Shown: positions 46,034-59,829, counted from the stretch's first letter. The stretch: DNA of 64,000 nt from Tubiluchus corallicola (GCA_030141605.1 JAQGDQ010000394.1:62001-126000); one strand, 5' to 3'. Notes: generated by a model not told the origin, from the letters alone. A program made the numbers and translations.

Positions 46034-48797
46034 CCTCCTGAGACCCAAGATAAATTCATGTGTGTTTTTCTTAATATTATAGACTTTTTACAACATCAGA
46101 TCCTAGTGAACTTACACACCAAGTTTTTTCATGATCATCCTTGACCTTGACCTTGACCTCCTATGTGCATTACAATGCACAATGGGTCTTAGTCGCGTCA
46201 TATTTCATGGAAAAATGACATTATTTCAAGATAAAACAATGACAACAATTAATCAAGTTTAACTGTTTTAATCACATCAAGGTCCAGTTAAAGCAAAAGT
46301 AAGGTCTCTGAGTTGAAGTAAGGTCTGTCTGTCTAGAATACTGCGAAGTACTGAATACTACTGGCTACTGAACTACTACTACTGAAATACTACTGGCCAT
46401 GGAATGCTTTGAAGCAGTTATTTTTGGACGTCAAACACAGAAACACTTCACATGTGCAACAGCGTACTTTTGTTCTGCCAGAGCAGCCCTCTCTGCGGCA
46501 GCGACTGCTAGATGGTATTTCAGTCATTTCCTGTAAGTGCATCGCACTACTGTAGCGCTTGTGTTGCGACGGCATCGGCTGGCACTTACGCTTGGCTGAT
46601 GGCCCTGGTTGTGGCTCATCATCTGAGCTAGACTCAGATTGATGAGGAGGTGTGGCTATCCAGGCCTCTGCAACATCCATTTTAAAGTCCATCAGCTGCA
46701 TGATGTCCTTGCGCCTGTCTCCTAGGGCAGCTCTGTCATTTCTGTACTGAATCCAGCTGTTCACAACAGCAACATCGAAGAAGTGAAGAATTGTCCTGAC
46801 GGTCCACTTCTTTGTTCTCGTCTTGGACCGATAATAGCTGAGAAGTCGATCGTGCATGTCGACACCCCCCATGTTTTGGTTGTACGAGATGACGGCAGCA
46901 GGACAGTTTATTGTTACACGAGCTTGCGCAGCTTTCGACCACCTGCGACAAGTCCCTTCCGGATTCTTGCCTACCGCTTTAGACAGCATCAAGATTGGTT
47001 TGTTATCAAACCACTTTATCAGGACAGTTTCTGAATTATCTGACACGACTTCAGCTGAAGTGCCTCTGGGTTGTTTTTTCAGTTGCGCATCAGGAGGCAG
47101 GTTGCCACTCACTGTAGATACTCTGTTCGACATGATTGTACCAGTCAGATGTAGATGGTGGTTCAGCAGTGCAGCAGCAAGAGGCACACTCGTAAAGAAA
47201 CGATCACAGTATATCACAGTGTCTCTTGCCATTGTTTCTGACAAACAGAGTACAGCCTTGGCAGCCAAACCCAATGGCGAGTTGATATCCTCAAACGTGT
47301 TGTTACCAGTGTAGATTCTGAAATCTAATATTAATCCATCAGGATTGGCAGCAAGAAAGTTTTTCAACCCCACTGGATTGGGTTTTCCTCTAACATATTG
47401 TTTCATGCTGCATCGCCCCGTAAATGGAATCATCTGTTCATCGATGGATACATCGTTGCTTCGGTGCATCACCAAGCAACCCTGGCTAACCGAGTTTAGC
47501 AGCGGTCGCACCTTCCACAATCTGTCCCTCTGTTTCTTGTCATCAGCCACACCGTTGTCATCAACTAATTTTAGATTGTTCCTGATTTTGAAGAATCTGT
47601 TACGACTGATCACGTCAGCAATTCTTGGAACTCTAGTCATTTGCTGCCAGTACATCCTCGTTCGTGGATATCCAAGCCTGCTGCTCAACAGTTCTGCTCC
47701 CAGAAACACTTTCACTTCCTCGGCAGATGTATTTAGTCTCTGTCCTGTTGCTTCAACCGAACGAACATTTGTGCTTGTAGACATTATGTTGAATAAGTCC
47801 AGTTTTATGTACTGCTGAATATAGTCCTGACCAGTCCACGCTGCACGATTGTGATAGGTATTGTCTGGATGGTCAGGAACGTCTCTTGACTAGTAGTCCT
47901 TCCTCTTCCATCCTTGTCCTGTCCCTCCGCGTCTGCGTCTGCTGGTACTTGGTCCTCCTGACTCATCATCTGATTCTGATTCCTCCTCTGCTTCCTCCTC
48001 ACTGCTACTATCTCCAACGTCAACATCACCCTCGTCTTGCTCCACATCGTCATCACTCAAACCCCCCTCGCTATCATTCCCATCTTCAACCACTCCCAAC
48101 ACTTGATCAACTGCTCTTGTAGAAACTAAAACAAAACATAAAAGCTTAATTTAATACAGAATTTGATACACAGTAGGTTCCCAAATTTTGCAAAAATGTT
48201 GCTAGGTATGCCAAATTACCTCTGGGGCCCTGTTTCTGCCTCCCCAAAAATGTACCTCTTTGATAGATTTACCCTCCTGAAAATTTTTTTAGAAAATGTT
48301 CAAAGTAATTGTAACAAAGTGTAAAGTGATTATCAGTACGTTGAAACAACCCTAGGGGCAAAACAAAGGAAGAGGGGATGATAAAAACGCCACTGATATT
48401 AGTCCTGAGTGTTGGTAAAATGCAGGATCATTTGTCCTCAGTGAGCCCAATGTGCATTACAATGCACATCACAGGCTTAGTCCGTTAGTTCAGGCAGTGT
48501 TAATCGTACAGTCAAACCTAATACACCATTTAAAACAGCGTAAACACCGCTTCAAAACTATGTAACATTTACGTTTGTAACGTATACACAAGAATTTTAA
48601 TTTACAAACATTTTCGATGCCCGTAGAACGCTCCGACACTGAGTGCTGCCATCTTTGTATGGGTCACCCAAGCTGAGCAGTGGCTACTGTACCGGTATTT
48701 AATTGAAAGCTTGTTTGTGCATTACAATTGCCAATGGGTCTGAGTGACTACAATCTAGAATTAAATTTCTGACAGCGAGCAGAACCAATGTGCATTT
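46034..48797 (-). mobile_element. piggyBac transposon; one terminus (CCTCCTGAGACCC) present, the other lost at the satellite junction
   Basis: ataa|cctcctgagaccc end; subterminal tgtgcattacaatgcaca palindromic repeats at ~46164, ~48451, ~48716, ~48788. Confidence 0.85.
46390..48652 (-). pseudogene. piggyBac transposase, two exons (48610..48652 + 46390..48125), ~592 codons with a single in-frame TAG at 47890-47892
   Basis: SIDEQM, YCDRFFT, MGGVDMHD catalytic Asp motifs; C-terminal Cys-rich domain; acidic N-terminus in the same frame; exon 1 MAALSVGAFYGHRK joins in phase 1 via gtttgt...gttttag. Confidence 0.88.
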
Positions 48798-51096
48798 GAT
48801 TCTTATTATTTCTTGAGCTGTTGAACAAGAATTTCAGTGAATCTTATTATTTCTTGAGCTGTTGAACAAGAATTTTAGTGATTCATATTATTTCTTGAGC
48901 TGTTGAACAAGAATTTCAGTGATTCTTATTATTTCTTGAGCTGTTGAACAAGAATTTCAGTGATTCATATTATTTCTTGAGCTGTTGAACAAGAATTTCA
49001 GTGAATCTTATTATTTCTTGAGCTGTTGAACAAGAATTTTAGTGATTCATATTATTTCTTGAGCTGTTGAACAAGAATTTCAGTGAATCTTATTATTTCT
49101 TGAGCTGTTGAACAAGAATTTCAGTGAATCTTATTATTTCTTGAGCTGTTGAACAAGAATTTCAGTGAATCTTATTATTTCTTGAGCTGTTGAACAAGAA
49201 TTTTAGTGATTCATATTATTTCTTGAGCTGTTGAACAAGAATTTCAGTGAATCTTATTATTTCTTGAGCCGTTGAACAAGAATTTCAGTGATTCATATTA
49301 TTTCTTGAGCTGTTGAACAAGAATTTTAGTGATTCATATTATTTCTTGAGCTGTTGAACAAGAATTTCAGTGAATCTTATTATTCCTTGAGCTGTTGAAC
49401 AAGAATTTCAGTGATTCTTATTATTTCTTGAGCTGTTGAACAAGAATTTTAGTGATTCATATTATTTCTTGAGCTGTTGAACAAGAATTTCAGTGAATCT
49501 TATTATTTCTTGAGCTGTTGAACAAGAATTTTAGTGATTCATATTATTTCTTGAGCTGTTGAACAAGAATTTCAGTGAATCTTATTATTTCTTGAGCCGT
49601 TGAACAAGAATTTCAGTGATTCATATTATTTCTTGAGCTGTTGAACAAGAATTTTAGTGATTCATATTATTTCTTGAGCTGTTGAACAAGAATTTCAGTG
49701 ATTCATATTATTTCTTGAGCCGTTGAACAAGAATTTTAGTGATTCATATTATTTCTTGAGCTGTTGAACAAGAATTTCAGTGAATCTTATTATTTCTTGA
49801 GCTGTTGAACAAGAATTTTAGTGATTCATATTATTTCTTGAGCTGTTGAACAAGAATTTCAGTGATTCATATTATTTCTTGAGCCGTTGAACAAGAATTT
49901 TAGTGATTCATATTATTTCTTGAGCTGTTGAACAAGAATTTCAGTGATTCTTATTATTTCTTGAGCTGTTGAACAAGAATTTCAGTGATTCTTATTATTT
50001 CTTGAGCTGTTGAACAAGAATTTCAGTGAATCTTATTATTTCTTGAGCCGTTGAACAAGAATTTTAGTGATTCATATTATTTCTTGAGCTGTTGAACAAG
50101 AATTTCAGTGATTCTTATTATTTCTTGAGCCGTTGAACAAGAATTTCAGTGAATCTTATTATTTCTTGAGCTGTTGAACAAGAATTTTAGTGATTCATAT
50201 TATTTCTTGAGCTGTTGAACAAGAATTTCAGTGAATCTTATTATTTCTTGAGCCGTTGAACAAGAATTTCAGTGATTCATATTATTTCTTGAGCTGTTGA
50301 ACAAGAATTTTAGTGATTCATATTATTTCTTGAGCCGTTGAACAAGAATTTCAGTGATTCATATTATTTCTTGAGCCGTTGAACAAGAATTTTAGTGATT
50401 CATATTATTTCTTGAGCTGTTGAACAAGAATTTCAGTGATTCTTATTATTTCTTGAGCTGTTGAACAAGAATTTCAGTGAATCTTATTATTTCTTGAGCT
50501 GTTGAACAAGAATTTTAGTGATTCATATTATTTCTTGAGCTGTTGAACAAGAATTTCAGTGAATCTTATTATTCCTTGAGCTGTTGAACAAGAATTTCAG
50601 TGAATCTTATTATTTCTTGAGCTGTTGAACAAGAATTTTAGTGATTCTTATTATTTCTTGAGCTGTTGAACAAGAATTTCAGTGAATCTTATTATTTCTT
50701 GAGCTGTTGAACAAGAATTTTAGTGAATCATATTATTTCTTGAGCTGTTGAACAAGAATTTCAGTGATTCTTATTATTTCTTGAGCTGTTGAACAAGAAT
50801 TTCAGTGAATCTTATTATTTCTTGAGCTGTTGAACAAGAATTTTAGTGATTCATATTAGTTCTTGAGCTGTTGAACAAGAATTTCAGTGAATCTTATTAT
50901 TCCTTGAGCTGTTGAACAAGAATTTCAGTGAATCTTATTATTTCTTGAGCTGTTGAACAAGAATTTTAGTGATTCTTATTATTTCTTGAGCTGTTGAACA
51001 AGAATTTCAGTGAATCTTATTATTCCTTGAGCTGTTGAACAAGAATTTCAGTGATTCTTATTATTTCTTGAGCTGTTGAACAAGAATTTCAGTGAA
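48797..51096. repeat. Satellite array, 41-bp unit ttattatttcttgagctgttgaacaagaatttcagtgaatc, ~56 copies
   Basis: Direct inspection; a few recurring variant positions; lone monomer at 45992-46032. Confidence 0.98.
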
Positions 51097-51962
51097 ACTT
51101 TTTTGCAGTTTTATCTCAGGTCAGGTATGTCAGTGGTGCTGATGCTTCTGAGTTCCTTTCTCAATCTGTGCGTGAAGCTTAGTTATTGATTATTTTTCCC
51201 CTTTCAATCATGATTGTAAAGTGAGGCTCACTAGTGGTCAGGTGACTATGTCAGTTTTTACGTTTTCTCTTTACCAATATCAGTTTGTCTTTCTCTTGTT
51301 TTTTCTTATGGCCTCTCTCTCTCCCCAAGCTTTTTATTTTCCTCTTGCATTGTTGTCTTTTCTTTTAAGCCTTTCACTTTCTTTCAGAAAGCTTTTGTAA
51401 AAAAAACATGGAGCTTCTTATTCATGAGTTAAGTTTCTGATGTTGAAGAGCAATGGTTGTTCTTTTTTTCTTTCAAACTCCCTTTCTAATGGTCAGGACA
51501 CTCTGTTCCACGAGTCTTCATTCCAAGGGTCAGGCAAAAAGATGTGAACATCAGTGTATTTTTAATCAGGAGGGAGGATTTCTACGTTTTTAAAATGATT
51601 TTGCTCCAGAATGTGAACGAGACAAAAATGCAAAAGTCACGTACAATCTCTAACAGCTAGATAGCATGAATAAGGGACATAACATAATGATATAATGCAT
51701 AATAGAGTGTATAGCATAAGGTAACATACAACATAGCAAGTAACATAACATAATATAAAACATAGCATGTTGAAACAACTTAAAAATGCTAGTTTTCTTA
51801 ACATATTGAAATTAAATATTTCTGTATGGAATTTATTCCATTAGGTTTCAGTCTTATCTTACATTGTACAATGGGTGTTATATTTTTATTACCATTGTGC
51901 ATTTTCTAGCCACGTGCCCACACTCGAAGACAAATCTACATGGTACTGTACAGTCAGTCGGG

Positions 51963-52968
51963 TCGTAATTGACTTTCAGTACCTTGTAAACTCAACAGCC
52001 GAGTCACAATTGACTTTCAGTACCTTGTAAACTCAACAGCCGAGTCACAATTGACTTTTAGTACCTTGTAAACTCAACAGCCGAGTCACAATTGACTTTC
52101 AGTACCTTGTAAACTCAACAGCCGAGTCACAATTGACTTTTAGTACCTTGTAAACTCAACAGCCGAGTCATAATTGACTTTCAGTACCTTGTAAACTCAA
52201 CAGCCGAGTCACAATTGACTTTTAGTACCTTGTAAACTCAACAGCCGAGTCACAATTGACTCTCAGTACCTTTTATACTCAGCAGCCGAGTCACAATTGA
52301 CTTTCAGTACCTCGCATACTCGACAGCCAAGTCACAATTGACTTTCAGTACCTTGTAAGCTCAACAGCCGAGCCACAACTGACTTTCAGTACCTCATTTA
52401 CTCACCAGCCGAGGCATAATTGACTTTCAGTGCCTCGTATACTCAACAGCTGAGTCATAATTGACTTTCAGTACCTCATATAGTCAACAGCCAAGTCATA
52501 ATTGACTTTCAGTACCTTGTAAGCTCAACAGCCGAGTCACAATTGACTTTCAGTACCTCATATACTCACCAGCCGAGTCATAATTGACTCAGTGCCTCGT
52601 ATACTCAACAGTTGAGTCATAATTGACTTTCAGTACCTCATATACTCAACAGCCAAGTCATAATTGACTTTCAGTACCTTGTAAGCTCAACAGCCAAGTC
52701 ATAATTGACTTTCAGTGCCTCGTATACTCAACAGCTGAGTCATAATTGACTTTCAGTACCTCATATACTCAACAGCCAAGTCATAATTGACTTTCAGTAC
52801 CTTTTATACTCAACAGCCAAGTCATAATTGACTTTCAGTACCTCATATACTCAACAGCCGAGTCATAATTGACTTTCAGTACCTTGTAAGCTCAACAGCC
52901 AAGTCATAATTGACTTTCAGTACCTCATATACTCACCAGCTGAGTCATAATTGACTTTCAGTGCCTCA
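51963..52968. repeat. Tandem array, 41-bp unit aattgactttcagtaccttgtaaactcaacagccgagtcac, ~24 copies
   Basis: Direct inspection; distal part cycles through variants. Confidence 0.96.
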
Positions 52969-54468
52969 TGATTGGCTTGCAAGCATCTGAAATGTAAAAG
53001 CAAAGCAAAAGTTGTTATTTTAGCCTTCATATCATATTTCGTATTCTTCAAACTATTTGAGCCAGCATCCTAGATGTGCTACACATCCTTGGATTCACCA
53101 GCATCCTAGATGTGCGGTGATGCTAGGGTCAAGTGTGCTACACGTCCTAGGAGAGCTTTTTATATTTCACAGGAAGTTTTTATAGCAAAATTAAAATTGA
53201 TTTCAATTTTACTGTTCTCACTGAAAACTAGGCAACTAGTTTTCTCAGATTTACCTACCATTTCTTTCACTTACTGCTTAATCATCCTGTTCCCGGTCTC
53301 TTGATCTGAAAGAAAAGTTGATGATTAATCCTAAATATTTAGTAATTTATTCATAATGCTTGGGCCCATTTTTATAATGTATAATTTAAATGCTATCACA
53401 AGTCGTGTTACTTGATTAAACCCAAAGGGAAAAAGAAAATTAATTATTATGACATTACAAAATTATATTATGTGTATATGATAAATAAACTTGAATACTA
53501 ATTGGCTATTGTTTCAGATAGCATCAGAAGCCAAAGATATTACTATAGACAAAATACCGGCATTGTTCCCTTCTCGTGGCTACTCGTGATGCTGAGTATC
53601 ATATCCCTGACTTGTATTACTCTTATTAAGGTATCTATTTTTGTAGCCTCGACACAAGAGTCCCACAGGTGGTTGGTCGTGCATTAAACTCCTTGCACGC
53701 TCATCTTTTTTTGCAATGAGCAAAGTAGAAGCACCTGAAATGCAAAAGTAAAATGAACGTAGTTATTTTTCCCTTCATTTCACAGTTCTTCAAACTATTT
53801 CAGATTTCACCAGCAACCAAGATGTGCGGTGATGTAGGTTCAAGTGTGCGATGCTCTTAATATCACACAACTTCCTTTCCACATAGTGATTTTATTTTCG
53901 GTAATTCAAACAAACACGAGTAGTTTACGAAGTCCCTCTTTTTTCAAATTCTGGACATCAACATTCTATTTTTGTTTCTGTTAAACTATTTGACATTTTT
54001 AGGTGAAGTTTGGATCTGATCTTCAAGTTCATGTTGTAGTTCAGTCAGTTTTCGAAAATATCTGTCAAAACATCTTTTCATAGTTTTTTCAAATCAGCTC
54101 AAACTCTCTTAGCTTGTTTGTTAGAAATAACGTGGCTAATTATAGAGAGGCATTTCTAGGCATTTGGTGCAGCTGCCGCCAGTATTGGTAATGATGTTGG
54201 CGATAAAGACGATTATTAAGATGAAGATGATGATCACCAGGAATCGGCGAGTGTGAATGATGGTGACTATCACAGTGACGCAACTGCTCATAGTTGAAGA
54301 TTTTAGGTAAGTCAGCTCAGCTTTCGGCTAATGAAGGGATCCATTCTGGTCAAGCCTGGATGTGAGGCACTCACATTGCATGTTTCCCATCAGAAATTAC
54401 ACTTGCCTTCCTGGTTGGGTGTATCTCAATGGTGGCGACCTCTTGTGGGTCGTCTTTGTAGTACAGCG

Positions 54469-54469
<1 letters not shown>

Positions 54470-54499
<30 letters not shown>

Positions 54500-55080
54500 G
54501 CTCTTTTTTTTCACCCACTCTCTCATTTATTATCCCATCACACCATCTTTCCTTGCATCCCTTTTCCTCTTCTCTTTTCATTCCAGGTTCTCCCTTTTTC
54601 CTAAAACTTGCTCTGTCTGTATTTTTCCTCCTCTTCCTTCACTCATCTCCCGCTAATCCAGCTGCTAGCTTTTCTCCCCTATTTATTTTCTCTCGTCTGT
54701 TTCCTCCTCTTGATGCTTCTCCATGTATCTTCCTGTTTTTCTTTTTAAGCTTCTTTTTCTCTTTCTAACGCTCTTACGCAAATATGTTTTCCCACCATCT
54801 TTCCTTCCCTTCATTTCCCCCACTTTTTATCTCGTTTTTTGTTTTTCCTCTCCTTCCTCTTATGAATCTGTCTTGTCTGTTTTCCTTTTCCCTCTCCATT
54901 TCTGACATCAGCTACAGTGCTGTCTTGTCTTCTTTTTCTTTGTACTACTTCACTTTTTATGCTTTCTTTCTCTCTTGTTTTTGCTTTTTAGTTTTGTTCT
55001 TTTCATTCAAGCTTCTCTCACTATCTATTTCTTTATTTTCTATCTGTCTAAAGTTTTTCTATCTTTATTTATCTTTCTAT
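54470..55080. repeat. Pyrimidine-rich low-complexity tract
   Basis: CT/TTC-rich; ORFs here are compositional artefacts. Confidence 0.8.
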
Positions 55081-56619
55081 ATTCAAGTTTCTATATTCAA
55101 GCTAAAAAAGTATACATATACAGTAAAATTTGTTAGTAATCGAAATATGGGAAGTCTCATAAGGTCCACCCTGTACACTAGTTTCTTTCTTACTTTTAGA
55201 CAGAAATTCTCAAATTATCATAATTGAAAATCCCAAGTGGGATACTTTAGTCATGAATAAAATGTTTACCGAGTCATTTCTATTTGATGTTTATTTCTTG
55301 TTTTATTAAGCTGTTTCTTAACCAAACACATGGCTAGTTCTCAATACTTTTGAATTTTTAAAAATATTCAAGTTAAAAAATTAAAAATTCTTGTTAAAGC
55401 ATCATAGATTGAATGATTTGTGGCAGAGATACAGCAAGTAGCCAAAAAGTTTAATTTAGGTCATAAATTAACAAGAGTCAATTTCTCTCCAGTTTTACTT
55501 TTACACTCATTTCATTTATCCCTATCAGATGAGCAGTCAAGTTACTGGCTGTTAGTTAAATAGTTAACCAGTATCTATTAAGTAAGTTACTGTAACCTAC
55601 TATTCAATATCGCTTAGTGATGGTGGAAGGTTGTTTTTGCTATGGCTCCAGTCAGGACTGTCAGGTTAAATCAGTGTTTTGTTTGTGAATTTGTTTACTT
55701 TTTTCCCCCATAGCCTAACGAACCCCACCTTCCCCCACAACACAGTGTAATTAGTGATGAGGTTTTTATTCAGAGTTCTGCAAAGTTTCATGGCTGCAGC
55801 AACAATGTGTCTTGCTTTGTGAAACTCTCACTATTATGGTTAGTAATTAAGTTATACTAACCCAATAGATTACAATTAGTTATGGCTGCAGCTTGATTAT
55901 TGAATCAGTGTTGGGCAATTGTAAACTGCTCATTGGGGGAACATCTGTGTATAAAAATAGTGTGAGGGAACTTGTCTGACGTCACTTGTAAAGAAGCTCT
56001 TGTTTTAAAATTAAACTTTTGGCTGCTTGACAGGAATTTCTGTAATTAATCCAATTATGAAAGAAAGATTTTTTCACCCTAAAATATGATGATGCTTTTA
56101 TACTAGTAACTTAATTTGAGTTATTTATAATTGTGTAAAAATCTACTCATAAGTATAATTAATGCTGCTTTTCCAAGTGTTTAGTCAAACAAACAATTTG
56201 ACGAGAGATTTTTACTCAAAGTTATTTTCATGGATAATTATTTTACAAAATGCTAAGCATAATCTTTAGCTCTGGCTACTAATAATAATAATTTTTTTTC
56301 AATATCATGATGTGCAGTCCAAAAATATTTTTGCCATGAATTTTATAAAAGCTCATTAGTCTCTGTCTGTCCCTTTCTTTCTTTACCATTTCTTCTTGAA
56401 ACCTATTTTTTGTCTTTCATTTCAAATTTGGGTTGAGTGTACCATAAGTCAGAGGTCATAATACATCTGTCAAGTTGATATGAAATTTTTGTTTCATGTA
56501 TTGGGTATGAAAACATCAGAAGTCGTTACACAAGAATGCTAATCAGTTATCCAGCATTAAAAATACAGTGTGACATTTGCCACCACTCGGGAGTTGCAAT
56601 AAATCACCGTTTTCATTTT

Positions 56620-57050
56620 GCCTCTTTAAACTTCTCTTTCTCCACTGAGTTCTTTACATGTATTTTTCTGCCTGTTTGCCTCTTTCTCTTCACTCTTTTT
56701 CTCTGTTTTTTGCATTGATCTTCCATTTTCTTGCAATCTTTTTCTTTGTCTTCTCTTCCTCTGCCATCTTTTTTTCTGTTTGCTCACCCTCTGTCTCTCT
56801 CTCTCTCTCGCCCCTCTCTCTCTCTCTCTCTCTTTCCCTCTCCCTCCCTCCATTTTACGTTTCTCTTCTCTGTGTTTCTGTCTTTCCCTCATTTTCTGCA
56901 TCCCTCTAATCCATCTCTGTCGCTTCTCTGCCCTCTCACTTTCTTTTCCTGCCTATATCTCCATCTCCTCCTCTGCCTCTCTCTCTGTCCCTCTCTCCTT
57001 CTCTCCCCTCTTCTTTCCTCTCCCCCTGTCTTTCTCTTTGTCTCTTCTGA
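56620..57050. repeat. Pyrimidine-rich low-complexity tract / (CT)n
   Basis: Direct inspection. Confidence 0.8.
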
Positions 57051-57430
57051 CAATTTCATGAACCTCAATGCTTTTTTGGAAGGCCATTTGTGTTTCATCT
57101 TGAAACCTATCTGTTGCATTGTATTGCATTGCTGCCCCACAATCTTCATAGAGCATGTAATGCCAACTTCAGGCTAACCCATCCAGGGGGAAAGTGTGGT
57201 TTCTGTTTGGAAACATACAATGTGAGTGTCTCACTTCCAGGTTTGACCGAAATGCATCCCTTCATTTGCTTAAAACTGAGCTGACTTACCTAAAACCACT
57301 ATCCATGAGCAGTTGTATCCCTATAGTAATCACCTTCATTGATACTCATCAATTCCTGGTCATCATTATCATCTTCATCTTAATAATTCCCTTTGTCATC
57401 ATAGCAAGGTCATTATCATCATTGGTGGTA

Positions 57431-58374
57431 CAGTAGGCGTCGCTTAATAGACTCACTTTGGGACGGATGTGTTTTGATCCAATTAACCGACTGAACCTGT
57501 TATTCGATGGGTGTGGTATTACAGGTATAGAAATATGAGTTATCAGCTCACTATGCACTGCAAGTTTTTAATAAATATTAGAAATGAAATAATACCTGAA
57601 TTACTTTGTGTAGTTGAAAATTAGAAAAGGTATTTTAAAATATTAATTTATATAAGCGAATTAGCAATAAATTAAAAAGTATACTTTTCTAATTGACAGA
57701 CTTTTCTGAGCCTGTTTATTTGCAAAAAGTCCTTCAAAGTTGTCTGCCTCATTTTCTCGAAAAGAAGTTGGTCTACAAAGTTGTCGTAATTATAAAAACA
57801 TTGAAAATCTGTTGTTGTGTGTGACTAAAACAGTTCTGAATCGTCTGCTCACTCACATTGCTCTTATTTGCTGTGTATGTTTACTCTTGTAAGTCACAAG
57901 GAATACCAGCTAATTATACTGTACTTGCACTGTTCACTGTTAACTCATTAAGCCTGAGAGCATCAAAAGGAAACCACTAGGCAAGTGATTAAATGTTTGG
58001 CTTCCAGGAATTCTTTGGGTAACAGTGGGCGAGCTGGTAACAGATTCAAACCAAACCGCTAAGCTAGTGATTAGTAGTGCATGATAAACGTACCTGCTTA
58101 TAAACAAAACAGTGCTTAACATGATTGTTTCTGCATACATAGTGCACAAAAGGGGAGTAAAGTTGACATAAAAGTAGGAAAGGCTCTTTTGGCACATATA
58201 TTAATCTTATTTTAAGTAGGTGAAGGAAAATATTGAGTCAATTATGCAGAGGTATTTGGGTCAATTACCGATAGTTCTATGTATATTTGAATAGCAGCGA
58301 CCCGTTCCAGGCGTTTTTGAGTCAATTAAGCAATTGAGTTTATTAACTGTAGTACTATTAAGTAGCATCTACTG
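57431..58374. mobile_element. Tigger/pogo-derived non-autonomous element, copy 2
   Basis: TA|cagtaggcgtcgcttaatagactc ... tattaagtagcatctactg|TA; homologous to 29480-30951. Confidence 0.82.
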
Positions 58375-59829
58375 TAGTTAAATTAGTTTGTGTCATATAC
58401 CTTGAAATGATTCTCTATGAGTAGCTACGTTATCATTAGCTATCATCCACTATAACTACAAAATGACGTTATCAGCACTGTTTTACTATTCTGTACCTGA
58501 AATACGATGTTTAACATCAATAAGAAGAGGTTGGTTTCGTATAATTTGTCACATAATACTGTGAATTAACTGGTACTTTGTGGCAGTGTATTGTTCCAAA
58601 TCTTATAGTTCTAACAGCAAAGTTTAGTTTGTATTATATTCAAAATTAAAATTTGTATAAAAACTTTCAGGTGCAAAGCCACATTTTGAGAATAACTCAA
58701 ACTGATGCTTTTTTTCAGTTTAGCTGTTTTGATTAGTACGACCCTATTCTCAAGCTGGCCAGACTGGATTGTTTTTTCTATTTTACCTGTTTGATTAGTA
58801 CGACCCTATTCTCAAGCTGGCTAGACCGGATTGTTTTTCCAGTTTTACCCGTCCTTACATAGGGACTTCTGCGAAACTATATATAAGATACATGTAAACA
58901 ATGTATTGGGATAACAGTTTAATACATATACAATGATCCTGTATATAATGATGTATCGGTTTCTGCTTTTCATACTCTCTTTTCTGGCTTTGTTTAATAA
59001 AGAAAATCAAGAGAAAAGCTTATATAAAAACAAAAAAGCAAAGAAATAAAGAAAATGATTTAATTCAACATTAACATGTTGTTTGCTAGCTCAAACGATC
59101 GTTTCGACAGCAACGTCATTTTCGATGCTATAAACAAATAAAAATGTAAATAAAGCTAATACAAATAATAATAATCTTTACAATTTTCTATACAAAAGAA
59201 CCGCTTTCTAAGTTGTAGTGGTAGTTGTTGTTATTGTAGTTTCTACATTCTGACAATTTGAGTTTTTTCTCTTGTGATTGTGTAATGATATCATTTATTT
59301 TATGCCTTGAATAGAGAATGCCTGTCAGATAGAAAACTGGCAGGTGTGAATGCGCCATCAAAATGACAACAAAATGGTACAGATAAATTCAATTTAATAC
59401 TTTATTACCTATCATTTTAGTCATTGCCTCTGTTGAAGACATGAACAAGTCAGTCATTCTACAGGGTGGTTGAAGCATGTCATGTTTATACTTTCTAAAT
59501 GAAAAAGAAAACAGTTAGCTTAATTAGAAAAGTAGGTTTGAATTATCTAGGCTGAGAATATTCTAATTTTTGTTTCCGAAGAAATCTTCCCGTTTCCAAA
59601 AACTTTTCTGAGTTTTGAAAATGCTGGTAATGCCTTAATCTTCCGACTTGATATGACCTCTTCTGTTGCAAGCAAAGTATCAAGATGTTTGCAACTTTCC
59701 ATGATTCATCATCATTACGTGTCGCGTGAAATTTTTCAGTTTTTTGTTTAGTTTTGTTTTCAGATTTCTGTCTATTGAACTTCTTTAGTGTTAATTGAGT
59801 AATTCTAATGTGTCTATTGCAGGAATATG

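Noticed and set aside
48797-52968. CRISPR-like arrays (41-bp partly palindromic units)
   Set aside because: Units are head-to-tail with no unique spacers, no cas genes are present, and the context is eukaryotic; these are satellites
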